This document shows positions 9,321 through 19,887 of a stretch of DNA of 64,000 nucleotides, piece after piece. How positions within the stretch are numbered: position 1 is the stretch's first letter; each line of letters begins with the position of its first letter. The stretch spans positions 832,001 to 896,000 of the forward strand of contig CAVSBL010000002.1 of NCBI GenBank assembly GCA_963726255.1, written 5' to 3'. Under the pieces are notes generated by a model. That model made no database searches. It was given only the letters and a program-made list of their open reading frames with translations, and was not told the origin of the DNA. The stretch comes from Candidatus Bathyarchaeota archaeon. GTDB lineage: Archaea; Thermoproteota; Bathyarchaeia; 40CM-2-53-6. The position numbers were made by a program, and so were the translations under genes.

Positions 9321-11489
9321 TCAAGCCTTCCGTCGTCTTCCCCTTGTGAGCGACCAGGCAATTAGACCGGCACAGGTTAACAAGCTGACGATGGAAACAA
9401 CATTCCAAAGGTTGCTCGCCGGTTCTTGGTAGATTGTGACTTGTCGAGTGTCAGCCGGAATTTGTAGCATGATGTAGTTTGTGCCGGGTTGACTCTTGAC
9501 GGGCAGCGTTTGCCCATCTGCTTTTGCGGCCCATGTTGGGAAATAGGCCTCCTTCACGATTAACGTATTTCTGCTGGGAATGGGTTTGAGGTTCAGAATG
9601 ATGATATCCGGGTTTGGGCGTGTGACGTTCTCCAATGGCTGCGGACCGGAGTCAACGAGCGATGGCACCTGTATTGCCTTGTAAATTTTCAAGTCGACTT
9701 TTCCATATGGCACGGTCAGCTGCTCATTGAAGGGCGCGTCCTTCATGATCCTGTCTGCCAGCGTCCCGTTATCACCTATGATAACCCATGTTGCGTCAAG
9801 TTGAGTAGCTTCTGAAACGAGCTTTTGCCAATTGTTCAAGCGTACTGTATCGTTGGCGGCAGTTTCCAAGTCATCGAGTCTGTAGTCATTTATGTCAACG
9901 AGTTGGGTGACCAGTTTGGTTTGTGGGTACCATCCATCAACGATCGGTTTGTCGATGTAGTTGGGGAGAACGTAAATCCAGAAGGGTACGTTGAAGGCTA
10001 GAATCCTTCCCGGCGATGGGTCATTTTGGAAGTAGTGTATCATCATGGGCGGGATTTCTGCGTTCGCTGTGGAGTAGGGTAGCACGAGGTTGACGTCGTG
10101 GTTGAAGGCATAATTCATCTTCAGCAAGACCCCAGCGCTGATTGGAGCGACCACCAAGGCGAGTAGAAAGACTGCGGCCAGCGGCTTCCAAGTATGAAGC
10201 TTCGAAATGCTTCTGAGGAATCCCCAAGCAGCAAGAATGCTCATGGGAAGGGCTAGGTATAGCCATATTCTGTAGACGTCCATGGTCTTCACCCAAACTG
10301 CGCTAATGTATGGAAGCTGAAGGATTGGCAGAGCGTAGTATCCTAGGCCGAGCCAGAGGAAGAGGATGAACCACACCGTCAAGAAAATGGAGCCATTCAC
10401 GCGCGACAAGATCCGCCGAACGTGACTGGAAAGAATCAGTTGCCCGAGGAAAACTACGAAAGAACCCGCGACAACCACTTCTCCCAAAGTCCGCAGGCCA
10501 ACACTACTGACGACCTCTCCTGCCTGAAACAATGCCATCCCACTCAGCAGAATTGGGAAGAAAATCATCGGCTTCATTGGAATGCGTCGCCCGAACTTGC
10601 GCCCGATGATTGATTGTATCCCGATAGCGGCAAGAATGAATTGTGCGATTCCCAGAAGGTAAGAGGCCACGTCGAAGCCGAAGTACGTGAACCTTAGGAA
10701 CGGGAACGTTACGTTCCTGTTATAGAATTGATTCGCCGAGAACAAATCGAATGACATTAGGAAGGGGGCAAGCCAAAAGGCCGTGACCCCAGCTGTTCCT
10801 ATCCCGACAAGAATGAGTTTCAGTAACGGCCTGGTCAAGCCCTGTTTTCCCAGCATAAGTAGAACCATTAGGACAGCGACTATTCCGGCGATCAGCGCCG
10901 AGAGATGATGTGTAAGGAGTAGGGCCGACATGGTTAGAATCGCACCTAATCCATAAACTGGACTGGCCTGCTTCTCGAGGAACTTGTGGAACATTATGAT
11001 GAAAACACAGAAGATCGGGATGGCAATCACGGTCGGGAACCTATCAAAGAAGATGTAGTTTTCTACAACTTCAGGAACGACGCTGAAGAGCAGGGCAGCC
11101 AAGGCGTTTAGGCCTTTGCTGAAGCCCAACTCATCCGCGAGAAAGTAGACTCCCACTGGTGCGAGCCAGTACCCGACTGCGTCGACCAACTTGTATGAGA
11201 GGAGTGAATCTAACCCGAGCAGCGAAACTCCCGCCGTTATGTAATAGCCCAGCGGTGGGTAGAGCAAAAGCGCAGGTGACCCACCATACCAATCGGGGCT
11301 CCAAAATGGGAAAACGCCCTGCCTCCACCAGTACTGGAGGAACAGTATCTTGTAGAGGTGGCTGGTCGTATCGACACCCATTGGAATACCGCCACCGAAG
11401 CGAGGTATCGTAACAGCGATCGAAATCAGTATGGCCCCAATCATCAAGTAGATAGAATTCCTATTGAGGAATACTTCGAGGATGTCCAT
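9321..11489 (-). CDS. Large membrane protein of the PTPS-related/YfhO-like GT-C class
   Basis: DTTSH, WSPDWYGGSP..LYPPL, THH, FWLAP motifs; C-terminal exported domain with YFPTWAAKADG. Confidence 0.75.
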   Translation of the reverse strand: MDILEVFLNRNSIYLMIGAILISIAVTIPRFGGGIPMGVDTTSHLYKILFLQYWWRQGVFPFWSPDWYGGSPALLLYPPLGYYITAGVSLLGLDSLLSYKLVDAVGYWLAPVGVYFLADELGFSKGLNALAALLFSVVPEVVENYIFFDRFPTVIAIPIFCVFIIMFHKFLEKQASPVYGLGAILTMSALLLTHHLSALIAGIVAVLMVLLMLGKQGLTRPLLKLILVGIGTAGVTAFWLAPFLMSFDLFSANQFYNRNVTFPFLRFTYFGFDVASYLLGIAQFILAAIGIQSIIGRKFGRRIPMKPMIFFPILLSGMALFQAGEVVSSVGLRTLGEVVVAGSFVVFLGQLILSSHVRRILSRVNGSIFLTVWFILFLWLGLGYYALPILQLPYISAVWVKTMDVYRIWLYLALPMSILAAWGFLRSISKLHTWKPLAAVFLLALVVAPISAGVLLKMNYAFNHDVNLVLPYSTANAEIPPMMIHYFQNDPSPGRILAFNVPFWIYVLPNYIDKPIVDGWYPQTKLVTQLVDINDYRLDDLETAANDTVRLNNWQKLVSEATQLDATWVIIGDNGTLADRIMKDAPFNEQLTVPYGKVDLKIYKAIQVPSLVDSGPQPLENVTRPNPDIIILNLKPIPSRNTLIVKEAYFPTWAAKADGQTLPVKSQPGTNYIMLQIPADTRQVTIYQEPASNLWNVVSIVSLLTCAGLIAWSLTRGRRRKA

Positions 11490-11509
11490 TCTTCGTTTCG
11501 CTGGCAGGT

Positions 11510-12262
11510 TTAGAGGCCCCCGGAATCCTTCCCAGGCTTCCTCGCAGTCGGCCTGGAATTGTATATGGGGTTGAGAAGGATAATGGTGAAGGCCGCACCC
11601 ACGACTAATGCGAGTACTAGGTAGGCATCGATTGTTTCTTGTGCGAAGAATACATGCGGGGAGAAAGACCTCGGTAGGTATTGCGTTATGCTACGCCCGG
11701 TCTCTGTGTCTTCCCACAATACAACGCCTGTCTCCTTATTTATGAACTGAAACGTTGTGGTTCCCGCGCCCGCCAGCATTAGGTAAACCGATACGCTCGT
11801 TATGTCCAGGTTTACGTCGAGTACTACGTCCGCGAACATCTTGGAATGCTTGAAATCATTATTGCCTTTGAAGAATCCGATAATGTCACCCGTCCTCGTA
11901 ACCGTTGAGTTGTACATTACGTCCAGGAAAGTGAGGCCATAGCCGGCGTCTATTCGGTCGTCGCTATCATTGCCCAGGAGCCACCCGTGAGAATGAAACG
12001 CGAGAATTCGGATGCCGTTGAGGTTGGTGCCGTAAAAGTCGTTGAACATTATGCGCGCCCAATCGGCGGTCGAGTCCATGACTATCCGTACTTCGGGTGT
12101 TTTCTGCCACCCAGTTGACGCTATGTCGCTACGAGGATTCGTTCGGAGAAAACGTACCATGACGAGGGTTGAACCAAGAATGATTAGCACTAGGATGGAA
12201 ATGAGAACAACTCCCTTCAGGATCGACCCCTCGTGCTTTCGGATTACTTCACGCTTGCTCAT
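11510..12262 (-). CDS. Hypothetical exported protein with N- and C-terminal TM anchors
   Basis: Two terminal hydrophobic helices around a beta-rich domain. Confidence 0.65.
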   Translation of the reverse strand: MSKREVIRKHEGSILKGVVLISILVLIILGSTLVMVRFLRTNPRSDIASTGWQKTPEVRIVMDSTADWARIMFNDFYGTNLNGIRILAFHSHGWLLGNDSDDRIDAGYGLTFLDVMYNSTVTRTGDIIGFFKGNNDFKHSKMFADVVLDVNLDITSVSVYLMLAGAGTTTFQFINKETGVVLWEDTETGRSITQYLPRSFSPHVFFAQETIDAYLVLALVVGAAFTIILLNPIYNSRPTARKPGKDSGGL

Positions 12263-12349
12263 GCTCCCCGCCTCTAGGTACTAGTCTCAAGCCCGAGCAC
12301 CAATTTGGTTGGAAGACTAGGCAGTATGAAAACTTCCAACTGAGAACTG

Positions 12350-13141
12350 CTAAAACACTTTGTCCTTTGGAAAGACCTCTACGCCTGACGGACCAATTTG
12401 ATACGGGCGGAGTTGGGCGTCGTGGCTTATGCCTCGCATCTTCTCGACCTGCAAGCCTCGAATCACGTTTCCGTCGTGTACCATCGTGTGAAGCAGCACC
12501 ACGCCTTGGGATAGGTATTCTTCGAGTTGAAATCGCCGGGCGAGCATTGACGTGCGGAGTTCGGTGGTTACGATGCAGGAACATCCGGTTGATTCGAGCG
12601 CGTCGAAGAACAGTAGCAGTGCCCGCCTTCGCTTTGCCTCTTCAGGATAGCGGAGCATCAGCGAGGTTATCGGGTCGACTACGATCCTTTGCGTTCCTTC
12701 TTCCGCTGCAACACGCCTAATGGTTCGAACAAGTGATCCTAAGGTTAATTCTGGGATGGTTAGGCTCACAGGGTTTTCCGAGTCAAGGGTTGGTTGGGTG
12801 ATCCGCTGCCCCGGCCGTTTAAGTTGGGTGGCGTCTATGAAGGTGAGCTTCCCGGCATCCTCAAGGGAGTCTAAATTCCAGCCGAATGATGAGAGGTTAG
12901 CTTTGACGTGTTCAGGCTTCTCATCTAATGAGACATAGAGGCCCGGTTCCCCAGCCTTCGCTCCACCAACTAGGAACTGTACCGCGAAGGTTGTTTTTCC
13001 TGACCCTGGGCTTCCGACAACTAAGATGGTTCTAGCTTTTGGTAGGCCGCCATTTAGCACTTCATCGAACCCCCTGACGCCCGTAACGACCCGGTCCACT
13101 TCATTCATCCTCGTAGCGTCATGACGTTCACCTAGACCCAT
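12350..13141 (-). CDS. KaiC/RAD55-like single-domain ATPase
   Basis: TGVRGFDEVLNGGLP, Walker A GSPGSGKT, Walker B IVVDP, EEYLSQGVV, VEKMRG. Confidence 0.92.
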   Translation of the reverse strand: MGLGERHDATRMNEVDRVVTGVRGFDEVLNGGLPKARTILVVGSPGSGKTTFAVQFLVGGAKAGEPGLYVSLDEKPEHVKANLSSFGWNLDSLEDAGKLTFIDATQLKRPGQRITQPTLDSENPVSLTIPELTLGSLVRTIRRVAAEEGTQRIVVDPITSLMLRYPEEAKRRRALLLFFDALESTGCSCIVTTELRTSMLARRFQLEEYLSQGVVLLHTMVHDGNVIRGLQVEKMRGISHDAQLRPYQIGPSGVEVFPKDKVF

Positions 13142-13229
13142 TATTTACTTCAGTGGTTCTTGCATAGCCCCAGCCCCATAACAGCTTAAATCGTCCAATG
13201 CAGGCCTAGGAACGCAGGCCGATAATTCG

Positions 13230-14735
13230 ATGAGGTTTTCAGTGATCTTCCTGTTGGCGCTAGCGGTGGTGCCCGCATTTGTGCCAATTAACATCGCCGT
13301 TAGTTCGCCTCTTGATATCGAGGGTCGGATTCTGCGCGCAATCAAGTTCGCTGAGAGTCAATATCATAGTGGCGGGGCTGTTTCTGGATACCTTCACGAC
13401 GAAAACGGTTCTCAGATGCAGTCGTATACGGAAGACAATTCATTGGTTGCCCTGGCGCTGTCCGCATACCAGGAAACTCATTTTTCTGCAACCTACTATG
13501 CGCAGCTGCAGAAGGCGGTAGAATTCGTGACAGCCGCCCAGGCGCCAGACGGTGATTTCTACCAATACTACGACTTTGGAAACGGGGCATGGAAATCCGC
13601 TGGGAAATTCTACTATTGGAATTCCATTGTTCTGATGAGCCTTGCATACGCCGCCTTTACGATTACTACTCAGATTAGTTCCGAAAGTTTCTTTTGGTCT
13701 CCAATAGTTAAGAAGCTACGTTCATGCGTTGACATCTGGCTTCCCGGTTCCCTGAGCCAAAACGGGAGCATCATATTCGCGTTTCCTGACGGCTCTCGAG
13801 CTACCGACGTGAGGTACCAAGGAGCGCTCTTGATGGGGCTGATCTACCTGGCAGCTTTCGAATACTATTGGGGGAGCCGAGATGTTGCAGTCCGGTATGC
13901 TGGATATTCTCGACTCATGGCGACTTGGCTCTATTCCTTGCAGGAGCGTAACATGTCAAGCTGGGGACGGGGCGGCTTCTACTCGAACGCTTCGATGAGC
14001 CTGCAAACGAGTGAGGAGAACGCGTTCGCGATGTTCGGATTGAACAGTTACTACAAAGGAATCGGCTTGATGATGCCGAGCCAGCGATCCGAACTGAATG
14101 GCATGCGCGGCCTGATGCAGAGCTGGGAGGAAGGTTACGTGGAGAATGTCACAGACACCTACGGGGCAGTGTCATTTGGACGCAATGTGGATGGCGTCGT
14201 GTTGTACCCGAGGCTAACATGGACGACCTCCGCGACGCTGGCAGATACAGTCGACGTCTGGATTAACCTCGGCCCTGCAAGATACTGGAACGATTCAAGC
14301 CGGATCTACGCTTGGCTGACAGGAAGTAATGAGCGATCGACAGACATGCAGACCCCGGAGGGAAACTTCTACGAAGAGGAGCCCGTTGCTGGAAGCCCGC
14401 TGCGCCCATCAGACTTGGCAGTTGCCATGCTCGCCCTTTACTCAATCATCAGAACAGCGTTTGTCAAGATCCCAGGCACATACCCGGTTTCGAATTCTAA
14501 CCCCAAGTTCACTAGGACCTCAACCTCAACCTCAACCCCTCCCGCAGTCACTGAGCCAACAACGAGCACAGCTCAAGAGACGCCAGCCAAGACAACAAAC
14601 CTTACTCTTTACACGGTAGCAGCGATAGTTGTCGTTCTAGGAGCCTTGGCAGGATTGTTCGCTCTTCGATTGAGCGCAAAGAAAAAACACAAACGTCCGG
14701 TAAGTCGACGCTCGACACGCTCACACAAACGATAG
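13230..14735 (+). CDS. Secreted, C-terminally membrane-anchored protein; probable (alpha/alpha)-barrel glycoside-hydrolase-like domain with Thr/Ser linker
   Basis: Signal peptide, YTEDN-type helical repeats, TSTSTSTPP linker, TM plus basic tail. The fold is an inference. Confidence 0.55.
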   Translation: MRFSVIFLLALAVVPAFVPINIAVSSPLDIEGRILRAIKFAESQYHSGGAVSGYLHDENGSQMQSYTEDNSLVALALSAYQETHFSATYYAQLQKAVEFVTAAQAPDGDFYQYYDFGNGAWKSAGKFYYWNSIVLMSLAYAAFTITTQISSESFFWSPIVKKLRSCVDIWLPGSLSQNGSIIFAFPDGSRATDVRYQGALLMGLIYLAAFEYYWGSRDVAVRYAGYSRLMATWLYSLQERNMSSWGRGGFYSNASMSLQTSEENAFAMFGLNSYYKGIGLMMPSQRSELNGMRGLMQSWEEGYVENVTDTYGAVSFGRNVDGVVLYPRLTWTTSATLADTVDVWINLGPARYWNDSSRIYAWLTGSNERSTDMQTPEGNFYEEEPVAGSPLRPSDLAVAMLALYSIIRTAFVKIPGTYPVSNSNPKFTRTSTSTSTPPAVTEPTTSTAQETPAKTTNLTLYTVAAIVVVLGALAGLFALRLSAKKKHKRPVSRRSTRSHKR

Positions 14736-14966
14736 CTAGGCACAGTGCAGCCCAGTCCTAGCCTACTTGTTTGCTCCTCTTCGAGGCGCGCTGAAAACAA
14801 CTCGCCCGTGACTTGGCGTGTTACACGCCCAGATTGTTGTTTTCTCACCCGGTCGGATGATCAACGTAAGTAGAACCAACTGGTTATTGATGAATTGAAG
14901 CGCGACGTTCCCGCGCGGGAGCGTTCCGAAGTCTAGGGTATAGACTGGCGTCTTAGGAGCTTTGGA

Positions 14967-14990
14967 ATAAGAAAAAGGGGAAGGGAGTTT
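14967..14990 (-). terminator. Pyrimidine/T-rich archaeal terminator downstream of the 1382-aa gene
   Basis: Minus strand reads aaactcccttcccctttttcttat just after the stop at 15008. Confidence 0.55.
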
Positions 14991-15007
14991 CTACGTGCGC
15001 AGTCGCC

Positions 15008-18000
15008 TTAGCGGCGTCTGCGTCGTAGTAGGTATAGTGATGCTGCTAGGGCTGAGAATGCCACAATTGCGATTCCGCTGAATTCTGGGACTGGAATGTT
15101 GCTTTGTTCCAAGTAGAGTTGTTGGCCTGTTCCTACACCTGAGGATTGGCCTGCTGTTACGACGATGCTCCACGATTGCGAAGCAATGCCCGGCGCTGCG
15201 ATCGTTAGACTGTACGATCCAGGCGCTAGGTAGCCTTCGTAGATGCCGTCGTAGGTGTACTGGTGGAAGGTCCATTTGCCGTCTGCGCTAGCCATCGTCA
15301 CGCTAGCCCAGCTGAGTGGTCTGAACTCGTTGCTCCATGAGAAGGCCCACGCTGAGCCTGACACGTAGCCTGCGAGGTCAAGTTCGAATACTCCGCTGAC
15401 TTCACCGCTTAGGTGAGCGTTGGATAGTTGCCAGACTCCTTGTTGCTCGTACGGACCAAGGTGGTTACGCTCCATTCCTGGTGCTGCGAGTCCAAGGAAC
15501 GCACTGTTCTCGGCGCCGTCCTCAGTCAAGCTTACGCCTGACGTAGCTGTGGTGCCGGGGATTATGTGGAACGACTCACCTTGCAGTAAGCCGATCACTG
15601 GCGGGTAGTATTGTGGAACGATGCCTGTGTTGTTAGCGTACCAGTTGACGAAGTCGGTTTCAACAGTCCAGCTTCCGGTATAGTCCGGTGCACCTGATAT
15701 GCCGTTGTTGACAAACCAGGGTGTCGGGTAACCTAAGCCCGGGCCTGTGCAGTCCGGTTCGAAGTCGCAGTTGATAGCCGTGTTCGCGAAGACTGGGTCA
15801 CCCCACTCCCACGTGTATCCGTCCGAGAAGGTCGGATTGAGGCCTGCTATTACGACGTGGAGGTTGGTGACTCCGCCGGGTAGATAGTTGAAGCCTGACG
15901 GGTCTGCACCATAGAAGTTTCCGTCCCATGGGTACTTGCAAATTGTTTCAGCGGTTCCCACGTAGAAATCGCCGCATTGCGCTGAGGTCGCAGTTCCTGG
16001 TCCCGTGACGTAGGTGCCTTCACTGGTCATCCATTCGCCTTGAAGGACGCCTGAGTCGTCGAAGACGCGGACTCTCGCTGACATGTTGAACGGCGTTGGC
16101 GTTATGACATGCTCTTTCTTGAAGAGTATGTCCAACGTGACGTTCACGCCGATCAGCATGTTCACTTTGATGTCTGCGATTTCGCCCTTGTTTGCGTAGA
16201 CACAGAACTGCTTGTCTTGGACGTAGCCGTAGGTCCATCCTGCGATGCAGTACTGGCCGGAGTCGAGTGCGGTAGGCTTGTAGAAGCCGGTGTGGCTCCA
16301 AGTGTTGATGACGCTAGTTGTCCAGCCGAAGCCTCCAACCATTGAAGACAGTGCTGTTGGGTCTGCGCCGTATGCGCTGCCCGTGCCCCCGGTCGACGCG
16401 TAGCTTGTGTATCCGCCAACGTCTGCGTGGCCATCTAGTGCAGCACCTAGGGGTTCTGTACCGAACCAGACTCCGTTGGCATTACCGATGCCTAAGCCTG
16501 GAACCTCATAGGAGCTGGAATTGGATTCTTGGTCAGTGAATGGTTGAGTATTGCCGTAGTCTGGACCTAAGCCACCAAACGCGCCACCTGGGAGCTGAAT
16601 ACCATTGTAATTGGTTAAGCCTCCAGTTACTCCGTTTCCGCCCCAGCAGGTGAAGCATATTTGGTTGACTTGGTTCCCGTTGCTGTCTAGCACTACGAAG
16701 TCGATTTCAGCGCCGTCCCACACCCAGTTTCTGTTGACTCTGGGTCTCTCCCAGTCGATGCTGTAGGCCGTGATGTTGAGGCCTACGCCCCGATACATGT
16801 GGTCGCTGATGTATGTTGGGTTCCCGCTGAGAGTTACGGAAACTTGTTCGAAGGTTTGCTGTAAGTATCCTTGCACCCACACCTTCGGGGTGTACGTGCC
16901 GGCGGGGATACCGTAATTGTCGCCGATCCATGTGTCGTTGAAGCCGTAGAAAGTGATGAAGCAGCTCTTAATCAGCGGAGTGCATGCACCGCTGGTCGCG
17001 GAAAGTGCAGTGACGTTCCATGAAGCTATGCTGGCTGACTTACTGGGGTCCCCGTATGGGCCGCCGTAGAGTCCACCAACCATGAAGGGGTCTTCCGAGT
17101 TGTTGGCCCCTGTGCTCATGGGGTCTTCGTTAATGGTGCCTGCCAGGTCGTGGAAGTGAACAGTCTTGTTCACCCAGCTGCTCAAGCGGAGGTCGATTGG
17201 TACTGTAATGTCACCCGCCCATTCTTGCGGTGTGACATCGATTGGGTATTCCTGGAAGGTTGCACCGTCAAGCGCGGATTGCACATACCTGAAGGTCCAT
17301 GCTCGCACATAGTATCTTCCAGGCGTTAGCCCGTTGACCCATGTGGCGAACAGTTGCGGAACGTGCCCGTCCATGTCCCTTGGTGCTCCGAACTCGCCTT
17401 TCATGCCGAATTCGAAGTGGAATGGATCGCTCGTACCGCCCTTCACGAACCAGTTCTGTGCTGGCCCAACTCCTTGTGGGTCAGTTGTCAGCATTCCGGT
17501 GTTGTCACCGGCGCTTGGAATCGCAGCGGGGAACGACGCACTCTGGAGCTGTGGATCCGCAGACAGTGAGAAGTCGTAGGTGTAGCCGTTGCTCATTCCT
17601 GGAAATCCGTCGGAGGTCAGCCATTCATGCCATGGGAAGGCAATCTGGCTGGCAAACCGTGGGTCTCCTACGTGGTTTGAGTTGGACTTAGCGCAACCCT
17701 GCGCATCGGTCCCGCCACGCCACACATCTTGGCCCGCTGCAACGCATGGAAGCGGAGACCAAGACACTGGTACGAGAGCGTTGCCCGAGGAGTCTTGTGG
17801 TGCGTGGTTGTTGGTTGGTTGGTCGTATAGCTCGATTTTCATGTACGCTGTGTACGGCCATGGTTCAATTCCAAACTGGTGTTTGGAGTTGACATCGCCG
17901 TGAATTACTGCCCCCGGTTGTAGGTATCCATCAAAGTGCAGCGACTGTCCCTTAAGAACAGTCACGCCTGATGCGATAACTACCTGCGGGTACCCTGCCG

Positions 18001-19156
18001 CTTCAGCATAGACATCGTAGGTACCTGGCGCAACACCCTCGACCTCATAGTGGCCGTGCGATGTTGCGTTGAAGTATCCAACGGCATCAGTGCATCCAGC
18101 AGTAGGTGCCATCAGCGTTCCAGTAGAGCAATCGATGAGCTTGTTGCCGGTGTACGGGTCAAGCTTGGTCGTCATATGAGCCCAAACTTGTCCTGCCTCC
18201 TCCACGGGTAATCCGTAGAGCGAAGCATTGTATCCACCGTACTTGAGGTTCCCAGTAATGATTGCCGGATCAATCTCACCCTTAACGAGCAAGACTGGCC
18301 AGTTCTCAACTGGGACAAAGTAATTGCGGTCCGTGCCGACTCTGAATGATAGCTTGAAGAAGTATTTTCCAGCAACTGTGGGTGCAGTGACGCCGTTAAT
18401 CCTCACGTAGTACCATGGGTCACAAACGCCGCCCGTCGTGGTAACACCGTTCGGACCAAGGTCCTCACATCCACCCGCTGTGGTTTGTTTGAAGACGATT
18501 CCTGCCCCTGCGCCTGGATTGATGTGGTCTGGTATGTTGTCAGCTACGATTCGTAGCAATGTCCACCCTGGAGCCCATCTGTCAAATGGGCTGATTTTTC
18601 CGTAGTTGATGATGTTTCCGTAGGAGTTGGTTACGGTGGTGACGATATTATCGACACCGCCCGGTACGCCGAATTCAGGTGGGATGGCTATGTAGAGTCT
18701 ACTGTAACCTACAGTAGCAGTTAGCTGGGTTGCGTTCACTGCGAAAATCAAGTCACCGGTTGTGCCGGTGAGGATTGCTCCGAATGGAGCGTACGCGTGC
18801 CCGTCAACCTGAAGCCAGTTCTGTGGCGCGTTAGTTCCAAGGTCTGTTGCGGGGTATGGGGGCATGTAGCCCGGTGCAGCGGTATTCGAATATGGTGAGA
18901 ATGTTCCCTCGTATGTGGCTGCGCCAGATCCTGGCCAGACATAACCGATTACGCCTGGCACGTGAACCTGTGTGTTGAAGCTGGAGAGACAGTCGGCGGC
19001 GTTACCGCCGTCGAAGTCGCATGTATGGTATGGGTAGTTTGGAGTGTAGTCGCCCAATGTGAAGTGGGCGCTAACCGGAGTCAGTTGACTCACAATCGCT
19101 AGAGTGCTAATTAGGAATATGGCTATTGTTAGCCCTGCAGTAAATTTCTTATGCAA
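15008..19156 (-). CDS. 1382-aa secreted surface glycoprotein with carboxypeptidase-regulatory-like beta domains and a PEF-CTERM-type sorting signal; S-layer candidate
   Basis: Signal peptide, Gly/Thr/Asn-rich, many sequons, C-terminus IPVPEFSGIAIVAFSALAASLYLLRRRRR. Confidence 0.8.
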   Translation of the reverse strand: MHKKFTAGLTIAIFLISTLAIVSQLTPVSAHFTLGDYTPNYPYHTCDFDGGNAADCLSSFNTQVHVPGVIGYVWPGSGAATYEGTFSPYSNTAAPGYMPPYPATDLGTNAPQNWLQVDGHAYAPFGAILTGTTGDLIFAVNATQLTATVGYSRLYIAIPPEFGVPGGVDNIVTTVTNSYGNIINYGKISPFDRWAPGWTLLRIVADNIPDHINPGAGAGIVFKQTTAGGCEDLGPNGVTTTGGVCDPWYYVRINGVTAPTVAGKYFFKLSFRVGTDRNYFVPVENWPVLLVKGEIDPAIITGNLKYGGYNASLYGLPVEEAGQVWAHMTTKLDPYTGNKLIDCSTGTLMAPTAGCTDAVGYFNATSHGHYEVEGVAPGTYDVYAEAAGYPQVVIASGVTVLKGQSLHFDGYLQPGAVIHGDVNSKHQFGIEPWPYTAYMKIELYDQPTNNHAPQDSSGNALVPVSWSPLPCVAAGQDVWRGGTDAQGCAKSNSNHVGDPRFASQIAFPWHEWLTSDGFPGMSNGYTYDFSLSADPQLQSASFPAAIPSAGDNTGMLTTDPQGVGPAQNWFVKGGTSDPFHFEFGMKGEFGAPRDMDGHVPQLFATWVNGLTPGRYYVRAWTFRYVQSALDGATFQEYPIDVTPQEWAGDITVPIDLRLSSWVNKTVHFHDLAGTINEDPMSTGANNSEDPFMVGGLYGGPYGDPSKSASIASWNVTALSATSGACTPLIKSCFITFYGFNDTWIGDNYGIPAGTYTPKVWVQGYLQQTFEQVSVTLSGNPTYISDHMYRGVGLNITAYSIDWERPRVNRNWVWDGAEIDFVVLDSNGNQVNQICFTCWGGNGVTGGLTNYNGIQLPGGAFGGLGPDYGNTQPFTDQESNSSSYEVPGLGIGNANGVWFGTEPLGAALDGHADVGGYTSYASTGGTGSAYGADPTALSSMVGGFGWTTSVINTWSHTGFYKPTALDSGQYCIAGWTYGYVQDKQFCVYANKGEIADIKVNMLIGVNVTLDILFKKEHVITPTPFNMSARVRVFDDSGVLQGEWMTSEGTYVTGPGTATSAQCGDFYVGTAETICKYPWDGNFYGADPSGFNYLPGGVTNLHVVIAGLNPTFSDGYTWEWGDPVFANTAINCDFEPDCTGPGLGYPTPWFVNNGISGAPDYTGSWTVETDFVNWYANNTGIVPQYYPPVIGLLQGESFHIIPGTTATSGVSLTEDGAENSAFLGLAAPGMERNHLGPYEQQGVWQLSNAHLSGEVSGVFELDLAGYVSGSAWAFSWSNEFRPLSWASVTMASADGKWTFHQYTYDGIYEGYLAPGSYSLTIAAPGIASQSWSIVVTAGQSSGVGTGQQLYLEQSNIPVPEFSGIAIVAFSALAASLYLLRRRRR

Positions 19157-19185
19157 ATTTTCTTTTTCTCCCTTAATTTTTCGGT

Positions 19186-19243
19186 TACGTCAACTTGCTT
19201 GACGTATACCAATTCCCCGCTAGGCCCATCAAACCATATATAA
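19186..19243 (-). promoter_or_regulatory. TATA box and 5'UTR hairpin of the 1382-aa gene
   Basis: Minus-strand TTATATA near 19243-19237; perfect 8-bp stem TACGTCAA/TTGACGTA at 19186-19206. Confidence 0.55.
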
Positions 19244-19305
19244 GGGGACAACTTGGGCAACGATATTTAAGTAGCAATAAGCAATTCGCATGAACGGTCT
19301 CGAAA

Positions 19306-19887
19306 ATGTCAACACCCTACCAAAAGTACAAGCAATACTTCCGAAACTACCATCGAAACTACTGGCGGGCCCACAAGGAATACCGCGACCGGCAAAAACA
19401 AATCAAAAGAGAACACTACAGCGCAAACCTCGAAAAAGAACGGCTCAGAGTGAAGAAGTACATATCCGCACTCTACTCGAATTGGTTTGGAGTAAGTCCG
19501 AGCCCAACCCTCGTCCGTGAAAAACTGCTCGCAGCAAAGAAACTAGCCGTAGAAAGAATCCTACCAAAAGAAGGTTTTAGGGGAATACTCTGGCCCGGGA
19601 TGTTGACGACGGGTGAAACGGGGAACGTGACAAGTTTCTGGGTATTCGACGCGCTGGCTTACAAAGGTGGAAAGCCATGCGCCATCCAAATCACGACTTC
19701 GCCTGCTCATCAAATACGAAATCGCGCCATGGTTTCGGCGTTCTTGCAGTTCCTCGGAATGAAGCTCTACGTTTGTGCGGTACGACCGAATTTGGAGGAA
19801 TATCACCTCATCAAATACAGTCCCAGTGAAATCCCTAGCGCTGTTGTGATCAATCTGAAACGCATGCGAGAACTGAAGCGAGTATAG
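19306..19887 (+). CDS. Basic hypothetical protein, possible PD-(D/E)xK nuclease-like C-terminal domain
   Basis: N-terminal K/R/Y helical repeats; FDALAYKGGKPCAIQITT; own TATA (ATTTAAGT near 19265). Confidence 0.5.
   Translation: MSTPYQKYKQYFRNYHRNYWRAHKEYRDRQKQIKREHYSANLEKERLRVKKYISALYSNWFGVSPSPTLVREKLLAAKKLAVERILPKEGFRGILWPGMLTTGETGNVTSFWVFDALAYKGGKPCAIQITTSPAHQIRNRAMVSAFLQFLGMKLYVCAVRPNLEEYHLIKYSPSEIPSAVVINLKRMRELKRV

Noticed and set aside
14517-14537. (ACCTCA)n tandem repeat
   Set aside because: Encodes the Thr-Ser linker of the 501-aa protein.
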